Shown here piece after piece: positions 16,600 through 33,131 of a stretch of 64,000 nt of DNA (positions within the stretch are counted from its first letter, which is position 1; each line of letters begins with the position of its first letter). The DNA is from the human T2T-CHM13v2.0 reference genome, Homo sapiens. A model generated the notes under the pieces. It saw nothing but the letters and a program-made list of their open reading frames with translations, had not been told where the DNA came from and made no database searches. Position numbers and translations under genes: made by a program. The stretch lies in NCBI RefSeq assembly GCF_009914755.1, contig NC_060929.1; one strand, 5' to 3'.

Positions 16600-17132
16600 T
16601 GTATGAATATTTGTATGGTGTGTGTATGTATATATACATATATGTACATATATACACTGTACATACATACACATATACATATACATAAATATGTGTGTAT
16701 ATGGCATATATACACATATATATCTGTGTGTATATGGTATATATAAACATATATGTGTATATGATATATACATATGTGCATATACACACGTATATATGTA
16801 TATGTATACATATATACATGTATGTATGTATACATGCATACATATATACATATATGCATATATGTATATGTATACATATATACATGTATGTATACATGCA
16901 TACATATATACATACATATATACATATATGTATATATACATACATATAGGTATATATACATATATACATATATGGTATATATACACATATACATATATGG
17001 TATATAAACACATATACATATATGGTATATATACACATACATATATAATATATACATATATGGTATATATACATATATACATATATGGTGTGTATATATG
17101 TACATATGTGTGTTTATGTATCTATATATGCA
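16600..17132. repeat. Compound TA/TG/CA simple repeat with a 25-bp higher-order unit
   Basis: ~530 bp alternating purine-pyrimidine; GG markers at 16949, 16974, 16999 and 17024. Confidence 0.95.
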
Positions 17133-18090
17133 CACCAAATATTCATCACATAACTATAAAGGCTGCTGGTTCTTACAAATGAAATAAAGAGAAAAGAGTT
17201 TGAATAATGAGTATATTTTGTATCATATGTGAAGTGAATACTTTCCCATAAAATCACTCACTTAATTAGGTAACCTACAAAATATTAGATATGAAATCAT
17301 TAAATAAGAATTGAGCTGGCTGCAATGGGAGTAGAGGTAAATGAGTAACACCAAAGAAAATATTTAATGGTAGTCAATGAAAAGTTCCTGACTTATATGT
17401 TTGTTTTATAGCCAGAGGCAGGTGCCATTTTCACACACGAAGAAAAAAAAAGGCTCATTTTGAAACATGAAGCTTTAAACCCTTCTTCAATCTCAGAAGA
17501 AGAAGAAATATTGATGTCTGCAGCATAAAATACAGCACAAAGATTAGGCAGAGCAGAACAGACAAAGCAACAAATCTACATGAACCCAAAGAGGACTCTC
17601 CTACTTTCCCATAATGCATGTGGATTTGAAAGTTAAATATCCAAACTAAAAAGCAAATTCCAACTCACAGAGGTATATTTTATTCCCATACAATTTTTTA
17701 ACACATTAAATAATTACGTTTTTGCAGTTAGGGTTGTTACAAAAGGATGTGGCACTAAGACAATCCAAAGTTTCCAGTTCAAATTTTTTAACACTTTAAT
17801 GAACACATTATAAACTAATCAAATATTTTGATTAATCAAATTATAAGCATGCTAATAATTTGCTATATAGACAAAGCATTTGTCATTGCTATAAACTTGC
17901 AAAGTCACTGGAGCTAGCTTTAAGCAAAACGGAAATTTTTACCGTGATGGTAAGCAACTCATAAGTATCTGAAAGTCCAGAGAATTGCTACATTTAGAAT
18001 CCGCCACTGATTCCATTCTTCAGAATACAAACATATGTAAATGAATGCATGTGTGTATAGACAGATGGAGATAGATATAAGAAATTATCC

Positions 18091-18178
18091 TAGATATATA
18101 TATATATATGATATATATATATATATATGATATTATATATATATATATATATATCATATATATATATATATATATCTA
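18091..18178. repeat. Quasi-palindromic (TA)n tract
   Basis: taga(ta)n-tga ... tca-(ta)n-tcta. Confidence 0.9.
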
Positions 18179-18963
18179 TCCTTCAGCAATATGGGTTTTG
18201 GTCATTCTCAAAGTAGCTTTTGATGTTTTCAAAAAGTCCTGAGTTAAGAGAAAGCTTCAGGTATTATTTTACATATATATGATCAGAGTGGGTAAAAACA
18301 GGGAAGAAGCAAGTTTATTTGTAGTGTAATCGCCTACTGCAAGAAACATTTTTGATACATTCCCTCACTCCTAACCTGAAGGAATCTGGACTGCAGCTGG
18401 AAAGAGGAAAGTCAGGTGGATTTAGGTATGTAGAGTTAGTGCAAGTGTGAGGGGTTTATGGAGTCCTGTTTTCCCCGTCAGTCTTTCATTTTAAACAGAA
18501 ATCATTTTGCCATATGGAGAGGAATGTTGTCAATGGTGAAAAAGAAAAACAAAACTGAGTAAAAACTATAACGTACAGACAATCAGAAAAACTGAACCAT
18601 AAAGGAGTCAGAGACTTAGGAGAGCTATTTTTACCATTCATGAAAAGTGCTCCTGAGGTTAAACCCTGATTTCTGAGAAACAAAGCATTGACTAAATTCT
18701 AATTTGACAAAATGTTTTCCTCCAATTTAAATTTAATTCATTACATAAGAGCATTCTTGTTTTACACTCAAAAGGGTTTATTTATAGACATTCTCTTTTG
18801 CAATTATGCAATTGCAAGTGCTAGCAATTAGAGATGATGTTGTGCCTTCCTCCATTCTTACTCCTTTCTAACACTGCATTGTTTCCAGTAATTCTTCTTT
18901 TTTATGGTATAACTCTTTCTTAAAAGAAAGACATCAGAAAATTTACCATGATAGTAAATTGGG

Positions 18964-19401
<438 letters not shown>

Positions 19402-19796
19402 TAAGAAATCCAATCAATGAATGATATATCTAATTTTTCTGATAACAATATTATATATTGACAATATTCAATTTAGTCAGCCTTCTGGTACATGAAAGAT
19501 TAAGAGTGGTCTCCATTATTTTATTTTTTTAACTATTTTTATTTTTTTTATTTTTTGTCTTGTTTGAATTTTTCTTTTTACTATTATTATTATTATACTT
19601 TAAGTCTTAGGGTACATGTACACAATGTGCAGGTTTGTTACATATGTATACATGTGCCATGCTGGTGTGCTGCACTCATTAACTCGTCATTTAGCATTAG
19701 GTATATCTCCTAATGCTATCCCTCCCATCTCCCCCTACCCCACAACAGTCCCCAGAGTGTGATGTTCCCCTTCCTGTGTCCATGTGTTCTCATTGT

Positions 19797-23620
<3,824 letters not shown>

Positions 23621-23734
23621 TATGATGTTAGCTGGTTCTTTTGCTGGTTAGTTGATGCAGTTTCTTCCTAGTCTTGATGGTCTTTACATTTTGGCATGAT
23701 TTTGCAGCGGCTGGTACCAGTTGGGCCTTTCCAT

Positions 23735-24751
23735 GTTTAGTGCTTCCTTCAGGAGCTCTTTTAGGGCAGGCCTGGTGGTGACAAAATCTCTCGGCATTTG
23801 CTTGTGTGTAAAGTATTTTATTTATCCTTCAGTTATGAAGCTTAGTTTGGCTGGATATGAAATTCTGGGTTGAAAATTCTTTTCTTTAAGAATGTTGAAT
23901 ATTGGCCCCCACTCTCTTCTGGCTTGTAGAGTTTCTACTGAGTGATCCGCTGTTAGTCTGATGGGCTTCCCTTTGTGGGTAACCCGACCTTTCTCTCTGG
24001 CTGCCCTTAACATTTTTTCCTTCATTTTAACTTCGGTGAATCTGACAGTTATGTGTCTTGGAGTTGCTCTTCTCGAGGAGTATCTTTGTGGCATTCTCTG
24101 TATTTCCTGAATCTGAGTGTTGGCCTGCCTTGCTAGATTGGGGAGTTCTCTGTATTTCCTGAATCTGAGTGTTGGCCTGCCTTGCTAGATTGGGGAAGTT
24201 CTCCTGGATAATATCCTGCAGAGTGTTTTCCAACTTGGTTCCTTTCTCCCCGTCACTTTCAGGTACACCAATCAGATGCAGATTTGGTCTTTTCACATAG
24301 TCCCATATTTCTTGGAGGCTTTGTTCATTTCTTTTTATTCTTTTTTCTCTAAACTTCCCTTCTCGCTTCATTTCATTCATTTCATCTTCCATCTCTGATA
24401 CCCTTTCTTCCAGTTGATCACATCGTCTCCTGAGGCTTCTGCATTCTTCACGTAGTTCTCGAGCCTTGGCTTTCAGCCCCATCAGCTCCTTTAAGCACTT
24501 CTCTGTATTGGTTATTCTAGTTATACATTCGTGTACATTTTTTTCAAAGTTTTCAACTTCTTTGCCTTTGGTTTGAATTGCCTCCTGTAGCTCGGAGTAG
24601 TTTGATCGTCTGAAGCCTTCTTCTCTCCACTCGTCAAAGTCATTCTCCGTCCAGCTTTGTTCCATTGCTGGTGAGGAACTGCATTCCTTTGGAGGAGGAG
24701 AGACACTCTGCTTTTCAGAGTTTCCAGTTTTTCTGCTGTTTTCTTCCCCAT
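23735..24751 (-). pseudogene. L1 ORF1p, frameshifted
   Basis: MGKK start at 24751 then frameshift; pieces 24027-24665 and 23822-24094 separated by a 52-bp duplication; 3' end approximate. Confidence 0.93.
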
Positions 24752-25776
24752 CTTTGTGGTTTTATCTACTTTTGGTCTTTGATGATGGTAATGTACAGAT
24801 GGGTTTTTGGTGTGGATGTCCTTTCTGTTTGTTAGTTTTCCTTCTAACAGACAGGACCCTCAGCTGCAGGTCTGTTGGAGTTTGCTAGAGGTCCACTCCA
24901 GACCCTGTTTGCCTGGGTATCAGCAGCAGTGTCTGCAGAACCACGGATTTTCATGATCCGCGAATGCTGCTGTCTGATCATTCCTCTGGAAGTTTTGTCT
25001 CAGAAGAGTAGCCCGCCGTGTGAGGTGTCAGTCTGCCCCTACTCGGGGGTGCCTCCCAGTTAGGCTGCTCGGGGGTCAGGGACCCACTTGATGAGGTAGT
25101 CTGCCCATTCTCAGATCTCCAGCTGCATGCTGGGAGATCCACTGCTTCCTCAAAGCTGTCAGACAGGGACATTTACGTCTGCAGAGGTTACTACTGTCTT
25201 TTTGTTTGTCTGTGCCCTGCCCCCAGAGGTGGAGGCTACAGAGGCAGGCAGGCCTCCTTGAGCTGTGGTGGGCTCCACCCAGTTAGAGCTTCCAGGCTGC
25301 TTTGTTTACCTAAGGGAGCCTGGGCAATGGCGGGCGCCCCTCCCCCAGCCTCGCTGCCGCCTTGCAGTTTGATCTCAGACTGCTGTGCTAGCAATCAGCC
25401 AGACTCCGTGGGCATAGGACCCTCCGAGCCAGGTGAGGGATATCATCTCCTGGTGTGCTGTTTCCTAAGCCCGTCGGAAAAGCACAGTATTCTGGTGGGA
25501 GTGGCCCAATTTTCCAGGTGCCATCTGTCATCCCTTTCCTTGACCAGGAAAGGGAACTCCCTGATCCCTTGCACTTCTTGAGTGAGGGAATGCCTCGCCC
25601 TGCTTCGGCTGGCGCACGGTGCGCTGCACCCACTGTCCTGCGCCCACTGTCTGGCACTCCCTAGTGAGATGAACCGGGTACCTCAGATGGAAATGCAGAA
25701 ATCACCCGTCTTCTGCGTCGCTCACACTGGGAGCTGTAGACCGGAGCAGTTCCTATTTGGCCATCTTGGCTCCTCC
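24752..25776 (-). promoter_or_regulatory. L1 5' UTR with internal sense and antisense promoters
   Basis: GC/CpG-rich; YY1 site AAGATGGCC at the 5' end; retains the segment at ~24880-25008 that L1HS lacks. Confidence 0.85.
25327..25581 (+). CDS. L1 antisense ORF0-like open frame, 84 aa (expression unknown)
   Basis: ATG at 25327 (gcaATGg) gives MAGAPPPASLPPCSLISDCCASNQPDSVGIGPSEPG..., matching the primate L1 ORF0 N-terminus. Confidence 0.6.
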   Translation: MAGAPPPASLPPCSLISDCCASNQPDSVGIGPSEPGEGYHLLVCCFLSPSEKHSILVGVAQFSRCHLSSLSLTRKGNSLIPCTS

Positions 25777-27644
25777 TTCCATTATTTTAAGTATTACACA
25801 GCATGTTTGTTTTAAAATGCTTTACAAAGAATATAGTTTTAGAAAATGGAGATAATTATTTGAATAATGAAAAACATCTTAACAAAAGACATAATAAAAG
25901 ACATACATCTGTAATTCAGTTTTTGGCCTCAGTGTCATTTTCACTCTGGTATAAAAAACATCGAGCCATTAGATTTACAGATATTGATGAGGGAACAAAC
26001 AAATCCAGCTAAAATGCATTCTGTTTATATGGATATCAGTGTACCTGAGGAAAAGAAGATCTGGTGAATTCCTTCTGGCCTGTCTCAGCCTACAGCACTA
26101 ACAATAAGTAGCAAGATAGAAGTGGTGCCCAGAAATGTCTGACTTATGTGATCTTTCCACTATGAAACATTGTGGTCATTACATAATTGCGCTATTTTAT
26201 TATAATACTTTGCCTTGATTACTTCCTCTCCTCAAAAGAAAAAAAAAAGCAAAAATACAGCAATCATAATATGTGTCCTTCTATGATTTAGGCAGGAGAA
26301 GACTTTTTTCCTTTTTTATGATCAATTTCAATATTGTGTTTGAAAGCCTCAGGAGGGCTCCCTGAGTTACAGAATAATCTGGCAGACCTCTGGGTTGTGA
26401 GGGGCATTCCTTGGGGCATTCTTTTCCTTTCTTCCAGAGTCTAATGACAGGGCAACAAGGGTCAGCCACTGTGTAGAAAACCAGTTAATCAGCCCCCAGA
26501 CAAAAGCAGGTTAAGGTGGTGTTGTAGGCAACAATGTTATATTTTTAGAACAACACAACCCTTCATCTATGGTTTATAGTGTCAAAAATGTAGGGATTCT
26601 TATTTTTAAAGAAATGAGAAAATTGGTGTTTAAGTGATAATCATAATTAAGTCAATTGTAATAAAAACAATAGCCAAGGATAGCACTAGCATGATGAACT
26701 ATCCAACACCCTCCCAGTAGACAAGGATCTAAATTCTAAGTAATCTGCCATGAAGAGGGCAAGTAGACTTCCAACAAGACCACATATTTCTTATATACAT
26801 AGTTTACTATACATTATATAGAGATAAATGTACATTAGAAAAAAATTCTATGATTCAGTTAGAGGATATGACAGAGGTTAATGTACATTTAAAGTGAAAA
26901 GCTTGAGGCAAAGAAAGAGGATTAATTCCCTCTCAAAGCTCACTAATGACTTGCATTTGCCATGTGATCCTCCCCACTTCCATCCTCTCATCCTCTGCCC
27001 GCCCCTCAACACAGCTTCCTCAGTACTCAGACACACACACACATACACTAGGGAAGCCACTTGCCTGAATTTTATATTTGTCATTTTCCTGATTTTTGCT
27101 AATAGTTTTATCATTTATATATGTATATCTACAAAAAGTCAGTGTCCCCAAAACAAAAACAATACGAATAAGAGCTGGATATGTAAATAAAAAAGAGCTC
27201 AGAGGTGCCTCAGAGAACGGCACAGAAGAAAGATAACACCAAAAACTCTGAACATGAACCAAGATTGATACTTGCTGGTGACAATGCCCTATAGGATAAT
27301 TAAAACGAAAACTATCCTGCAGTCATGCCCACTTTTAATTTTTAATTTCTATATCTGTATTAATTTTACATAGTGCATTTCACATTGTGGTGCAAGTTAT
27401 TCCTAAGTGATCACTTGCTTGTCATTACATAATTCCAAGTTCAATGACCCCTTTCCTGTATTATTAGGGTAATGTACCGGACTCAGATAGAGCCAATTAT
27501 TATTTAGAGTCACCAACCTACTATACAGACAGGGAAGACCAAGCAAGTGAAGCCACATAAAAAGTAAAAGCTATTTCTGTTTGAAATACCTGACATTACA
27601 GTATGTCTCTCTAGAATTTAGCTAACTCATTTTCATGGCATCCC

Positions 27645-27776
27645 TGATCTCCTACTATAAACTCCATGCAGGCAGAGATTTTGTCTGTTTGTTCACTGTT
27701 CACTACTGAATCCTCATCACCTGGAAAGATACCTGACACATAGTAGGGGCTCAGTTATTATTTATTGAATAAATGG
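27645..27776 (+). mobile_element. L2a 3' terminus
   Basis: taaactccatgcaggcagagattttgtctgtttgttcactg...cctgacacatagtaggggctcag...ttgaataaatg. Confidence 0.8.
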
Positions 27777-28064
27777 CTCCAGAAATAGAAATAAATTTGT
27801 CCCCTAGTCTGGTCCTGTTGCATCTCCACAGCCTCTTGCCCGGCAGGATCTTTGACAGCCTGGTCATCATCTGTTTTGTTTATGTCAACCTGCTCTCCCT
27901 TTGCTAACCAAAACTTCTGTCGCTCCTTCAACTTGCACCTACATCGGGTAAATATATCCAATTATTCCAGAAAGACTGAATTCCTACAGATTCGTACTTG
28001 AAAATCCAGATTGTGACTTAATTGAGCTTTGACTTTCACAAAAATATTGATATCGTCTCTGTTC

Positions 28065-28640
28065 TTCCACTCAAATATTTATTGACTGACTACTGTTTGC
28101 TGGGCTCTGTTTCAAGAAATTTAGGGTGTATCAGTGAACAACAACAAATCTTCATGTTTCACAAGGGACAGAGACAATAAATAAGTAAATTATATAGTCT
28201 GTTACAAAGCATTAAAAAGAATTAAACAAGGTAAAGGGTACCAGAATTTCCATAGTGAAGTTCCAGAAATTTGCAATCTGCAAGTTAAGCCTGGTGAAAA
28301 TAGGCTTCATTGGGGTGAGATTTGATAAAGAAATTGAAGATGTGCCAAAGCTAGCCATGCAAACAGCTAGTGCAAGGTATTTCCCAAAGTATTGCAAAAA
28401 CCACAATAACTTTTGCACCAACTTAATATCACTGCAGTCTAAGCTCTTGGTCTTCAATGTGTTTATTCTAGGGAAACAACATGGTAAAGTAGCTAAAGCA
28501 GAGTGAGCAAAAGAAAGAGAAATAGGAGGTGAGGTCAGGGAGGAAACAAGAAGCCAGATTATACAGCGCCTTGAAGCCCATGTTGAAGACACAATCCTTC
28601 ACCCTGAGTACAAACAGAAGCCATTCTAGCATTTGATTTA
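28065..28640 (-). mobile_element. L2a 3' region
   Basis: caaatatttattgactgactactgtttgctgggc...gcagagtgagcaaaag...ggaggtgaggtcaggg...gccagattatacagcgccttg. Confidence 0.75.
28386..28428. mobile_element. Half MADE1 (Hsmar1 MITE), one arm only
   Basis: gcaaaaaccacaataacttttgcaccaacttaa plus ta matches one MADE1 terminal inverted repeat. Confidence 0.8.
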
Positions 28641-28856
28641 ACTTAGATTTTAAAACTGAACCCTATGCAAGGACCATGATATGAATACCTTTGGTATACC
28701 CAAAGCTCTGGTGCAGTATTGTGCTTCCCACAATACTTGATTAGCCAAATGATTTATGGGCAGTTTTATGCATCACTGTTGACTTTGTGGAAATCTCCAG
28801 AGAGAGGGCTGTTATATCAGCCTCTTACTCTCTTAAGTAAAACATAATCTATAAAA

Positions 28857-29190
28857 GAAGGCAGCATTATGTACTGGCTAGGATCACAGGTTCTGAAATC
28901 AAGCTGCATGGATTTTAAACCCTGCTCATCATTTGTTTAAAGTTTCAGTTTCCTCATTGTTAAACTGACAGTAATAATGAAACCAACTTCCTAGGGAAAG
29001 GAAGGGGGTCATTTGAAAACTGAGTATGAAATTGTATAAAAAGCCCATGTTATCATCCTGGGACATAATAAGAAGTCACTTGTATTCATATGATATCATA
29101 GAGTTGTTGTCAGTATTTAATGAGATTATCCGAGTAAGCACACATAGTAAGCACTCCACAACATATATATTTGCATAACACTATTATTGC
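28857..29190 (+). mobile_element. MIR fragment(s)
   Basis: ggcagcattatgtactggctaggatcacaggttctgaaatca...tcagtttcctcattgttaaa...catagagttgttg...cacatagtaagcactc. Confidence 0.7.
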
Positions 29191-32100
29191 TGTTGGCAAA
29201 ACCAAATTTCAGAATACATTATTAAACATTATGCATTTTCAGGCAATACTTTAATAGACCCCATTGTATTTAGCATGCAGAATGAAAATGACAATTACAA
29301 CAATTACAATTACCATTTTAATCCAATGCAGTTCAACAAAAGATTAGATACTTGTATGAACACTAATAATATTTGCAGAAAACTCATGACGAAAGAAAAC
29401 TGCAGGCATCTTGAAACAATAGGGTCAGAGAAAGAACATAGAACCTTTCACAGTTATTGATATTATTTCTTTTATAATGTACATTAAAACTTTCCTTTGG
29501 TTCAATTCACTGCTTTTCTACAACACAATTTTTGCGTCATATATAGATGAAGATATTTTACTAAGATCATATAAAAGTATGCAATATTTTCCTTTTGTCC
29601 CCATCTCTTCCCAACTCTGCCCCAATACCCTATGCTCAGCACTCAAGGAAACCCAGATGGAATACTAGCTATATTAGTTTTTCAAGTCAATTAACAAGTA
29701 TTTAGTAAGTTCCTTGAAAAAATATATTCTAGGAATTATTTGAGTTTTATCACATTATTGCAATTACTGACAGAGATATCTTGGTAAATTTCACTTTCAA
29801 TATGGGTAGTATTTTTTGTTTGTTTTCCTATGATCAGTTTCCAATGAACAAATTACCATTTTATCTTTACCTAGAAGTTCCAGAGATTTTGCCCTTTAAT
29901 ATAATGTCTAAATTTATTCCATTCTCTTTCCACAACTAATGACTGTATTTGGTTCATTTTCAATAAAACTTAATGACTAAATTAAAAAGGTTAACTAGGT
30001 TTAAATAAAGATGAGGGTGACATTTCTTCCATATTTGTCTGGCTCCCAACCTGCTTTCTGCTAACTTTGAATTCTGCCTTCTGTGAAAATTATGCCCTCT
30101 AAAAAACAAGCGTTGTGAAAAGGGCCATATGGGGCAAAATTGAGTTTTGGCATTCAAAATATAAGAATATTTTAAATAAAAACTTTATAACAAGTGAGGT
30201 AGCCATTTAATTAACATTTTAGGTAGGGGGTCATTGTTTTTTGTTTGGATGAAGAGAAGCTAAAAAGAAAATCCCGAGAGAAAACATAACATCAGAACAC
30301 TTCACTAAACTAAAAAATGGGCATGAGACAGTAACATGAGGTCTATACTGAATCCCATTGAAGGCTGTAATTAGCCCATGCTTCAGTATTTTGTACAATA
30401 CAATGAAGCATTATTTTACCCAATATATCTTAATTAAAAGCAAAAACACAATACCACACAAAGCTACCATCAAAGAGGCGTTATTGGCACTCACATAATA
30501 CAGAAGATGGGGAAGGATTTTGTTTTCTTTGTTTGGTAAGAAAATTGGAACTAGGCATTCTATTTTCCACATAGCTCTCAATATAGAAGCATTTGTGTAC
30601 CAAAAATTGCATTTGCACTGTAAATTATATGGATGAAAGCCACAGAGAAAGAGATAGTTTGTTGTTTTATAATTCAATAGTAGCAATGCTTGGATTTCTC
30701 TGCTTTCTCTTTCACAAATAAAATAATTACTGAAGGCTTGGTTTTTACCACAATGGGAGAGTTAGTTGAATATTCTAATGTTCATGTTTTATATTCCTTT
30801 TTCAATGGGATGCATTGATTATGCAGTAATATTAAAATATATACACAAAATAATTTTCTTGTCACCTTAATTTTGAATTCTGAATATCAAAGAAACCAAA
30901 ACAGTCCACTATGGTCTGTTTTTATATTTTCTGGACATAAGAGGAGAAAAATAGTGAATAAAATTCTATCCCATAAAAATTATGAGCAAATTTTATGTCC
31001 CCTAAATCAAGTTATTTCTATAATTAATATAAGTGGGGTGAGGGGAAGGTTAAAAGAAGGTGATTCAAATGGCATCAAAGAATCTCTATGTGACCTTCAC
31101 ACAGAGATTTAGTAAACTTGAATGAGACAGTTGAAGAGTAAAAATGAAATCAGCACTCTAAATAATTCATATAGCGAAAGACGACTCAGTACTTACATTA
31201 GAGTCAACCATAAGGCAAACCATAAGGAATGTCTAAAGTTCTAACATCTTTTACTGTACATCTGATATCTAAGATGTTATTTCTAGCAAATTCCTCAAGG
31301 ATTTGTATAACAGCTATGCCTTATCAACTGAGAGCAAAATGAACAATGATACACCAGCTGATACTTCCACACAGCACGCTGAGTGAATCCCTCTAAACTG
31401 ACATAACCTTAAACTGAACTATAAGGGTTGGCTCAGTCTAGCTGCTCTTTAAAAATGGGAAGAACAGGAGTCAAGAAAGCACAACTTGTCATTAATCTAG
31501 CTCAGAAGCACAGATTACAGATGAAGAAACAGAGACAACTGAGTTTTCTCAGATAATATAGGTAGCACCAAACAAACAAGAACCTAGAACTTCTTTTGTC
31601 AAAAGCCTTTTCTTTGGTACCAACTTTACAAAGATGACATGACTTCTAATATCAAAGTCTATAAAATATAAGCCAAGTGATCAAAAAAATCAGAGGGTTA
31701 GAAAGTACCCAGAAGTCAACAAGTTCAATTCTTTAGATTACCCCTGCTCTTAGAAACCTGGCTGTGATTCAGTGCCTACCCTGAACCTGTATATCACCCT
31801 TCTAACAATTTCTCCATGTGTTGTCCCTCATAGAGTGGAAGACCAGATCCCAAAAACGTGTCAAAGGAAGAGGAAAACAATGTTCTTTGGTGAACATATC
31901 AAAACTGATTTTTTCTGGGTCTACTGGCAGAAATATGGAACTGATGCTAAAGCTAAAAAATGGGGGGCTATACTAAGATGTGAAAATAAGTTTACATGAC
32001 TAAGAAGTATTTTTAAACTCAAGTTTAGTGAGTCTTCTTGGTATATACTCAGATATATAGTCTTGTTTTTGGCAGTGGTAGATTAAATCATCAAAATGTT

Positions 32101-32836
32101 GTATCTGAAAAACGTGGCTAAAATAACAGGATCGATAGTCCCATAAAAAACAATTAGTACAACATATGTCACAAATACTCATCTGTGATTATTAGCTATT
32201 GTTGGTGATTTTATCACAATGTAGCATATGCATTTGTAAAGATTATATTCTTCATTATACTTCATTATATTAGGAAATTGATAGACTAAGAATGATAGAC
32301 ATTATATTAGGAAATTGATAGACTATTCAAACGAATGTAGTGCCTACAGAAGGTCAATTTGAGAAATGTGTGGGGTGTAGAAGTAATAGAAGCAATAAAG
32401 AGGAGAGAAGTCAAAGGCTGATGGTACCAATAGATGGTGCATATAAACCACCTAAAACCACAAAGTAGTCTCCAGTGCTACTTACATAAACAAGTCTTCC
32501 ACACTCTACAAGAGGAAGAAAAAATGGAAGGAGGAGCAGTGGTAAAAAAGAAAACAAGAGCTATACTTCTCCATTCCTTCTACCACCCCTCTGTACTTTA
32601 CACCTATTATTGAATCTGTCAGGAAAAGATCATAGGCAGGGGCAGAAACGTGTAGTACTTTGGAAAAGTCCTACCCTAGTGAATAATTTATTTATTGGGT
32701 GTATTAGTCAGGGTTCTCTAAAGGGACAGAACAGGATATAGATATAGATATTATATATAATATATATTATATATGTAATATATATAAAATACATATACAT
32801 ATATAATAACATATATATAATACATGTATTAGCACT

Positions 32837-33131
32837 CTTAACAAACATTTATTACCATAAAGTTTTTGAGAGTCAGAGATTCAGGAGCGGCTTTATTAGG
32901 TGGTTCTGCCTAGGCGTATCTCAAGATATTGCAGCTAATGTGTCAGCCAGGACTACAGTAATCTGAAGGCTTGATAAAGCTGGAGGATCCACTTCCAAGC
33001 TTACTTATGTAGCTGTTGGTCTGAGGCCTCCATCAGCTTCCTTGCTAAATGCTGGTGGCAGGCCTTAGCTCCTCATTACTGGACCTCTCCACAGAGCTGA
33101 TTGATGTCCTCATGGCATGGCAGCTAGCTTC
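32837..33131 (-). mobile_element. MLT1F/G-like MaLR LTR internal fragment inside the MLT2A1 LTR
   Basis: aaacatttatta...ggctttattaggtggttctgcctagg...ggaggatccacttccaagc...cctcatggcatggcagctagcttc. Confidence 0.75.

Noticed and set aside
16529-17182. Six overlapping ORFs of up to 191 aa, rich in Y/I/M/C/H
   Set aside because: Translation artefacts of a TA/TG/CA repeat that lacks stop codons
26401-26424. 12-bp tandem ggggcattcctt/ggggcattcttt (a similar aaccataagg pair lies near 31206-31227)
   Set aside because: Too short to distinguish from common slippage
27758-27961. Hydrophilic 67-aa minus-strand ORF (KLKERQKFWLAKGEQVDINKTDDDQAVKDPAGQEAVEMQQDQ) after a possible tag acceptor
   Set aside because: Weak polypyrimidine tract, no convincing donor, no protein I recognise and no partner exons; tBLASTn or PhyloCSF would be needed
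32263-32325. Repeat-spacer-repeat resembling a mini CRISPR array
   Set aside because: Only two repeats with an 11-bp spacer, in primate DNA with no cas genes
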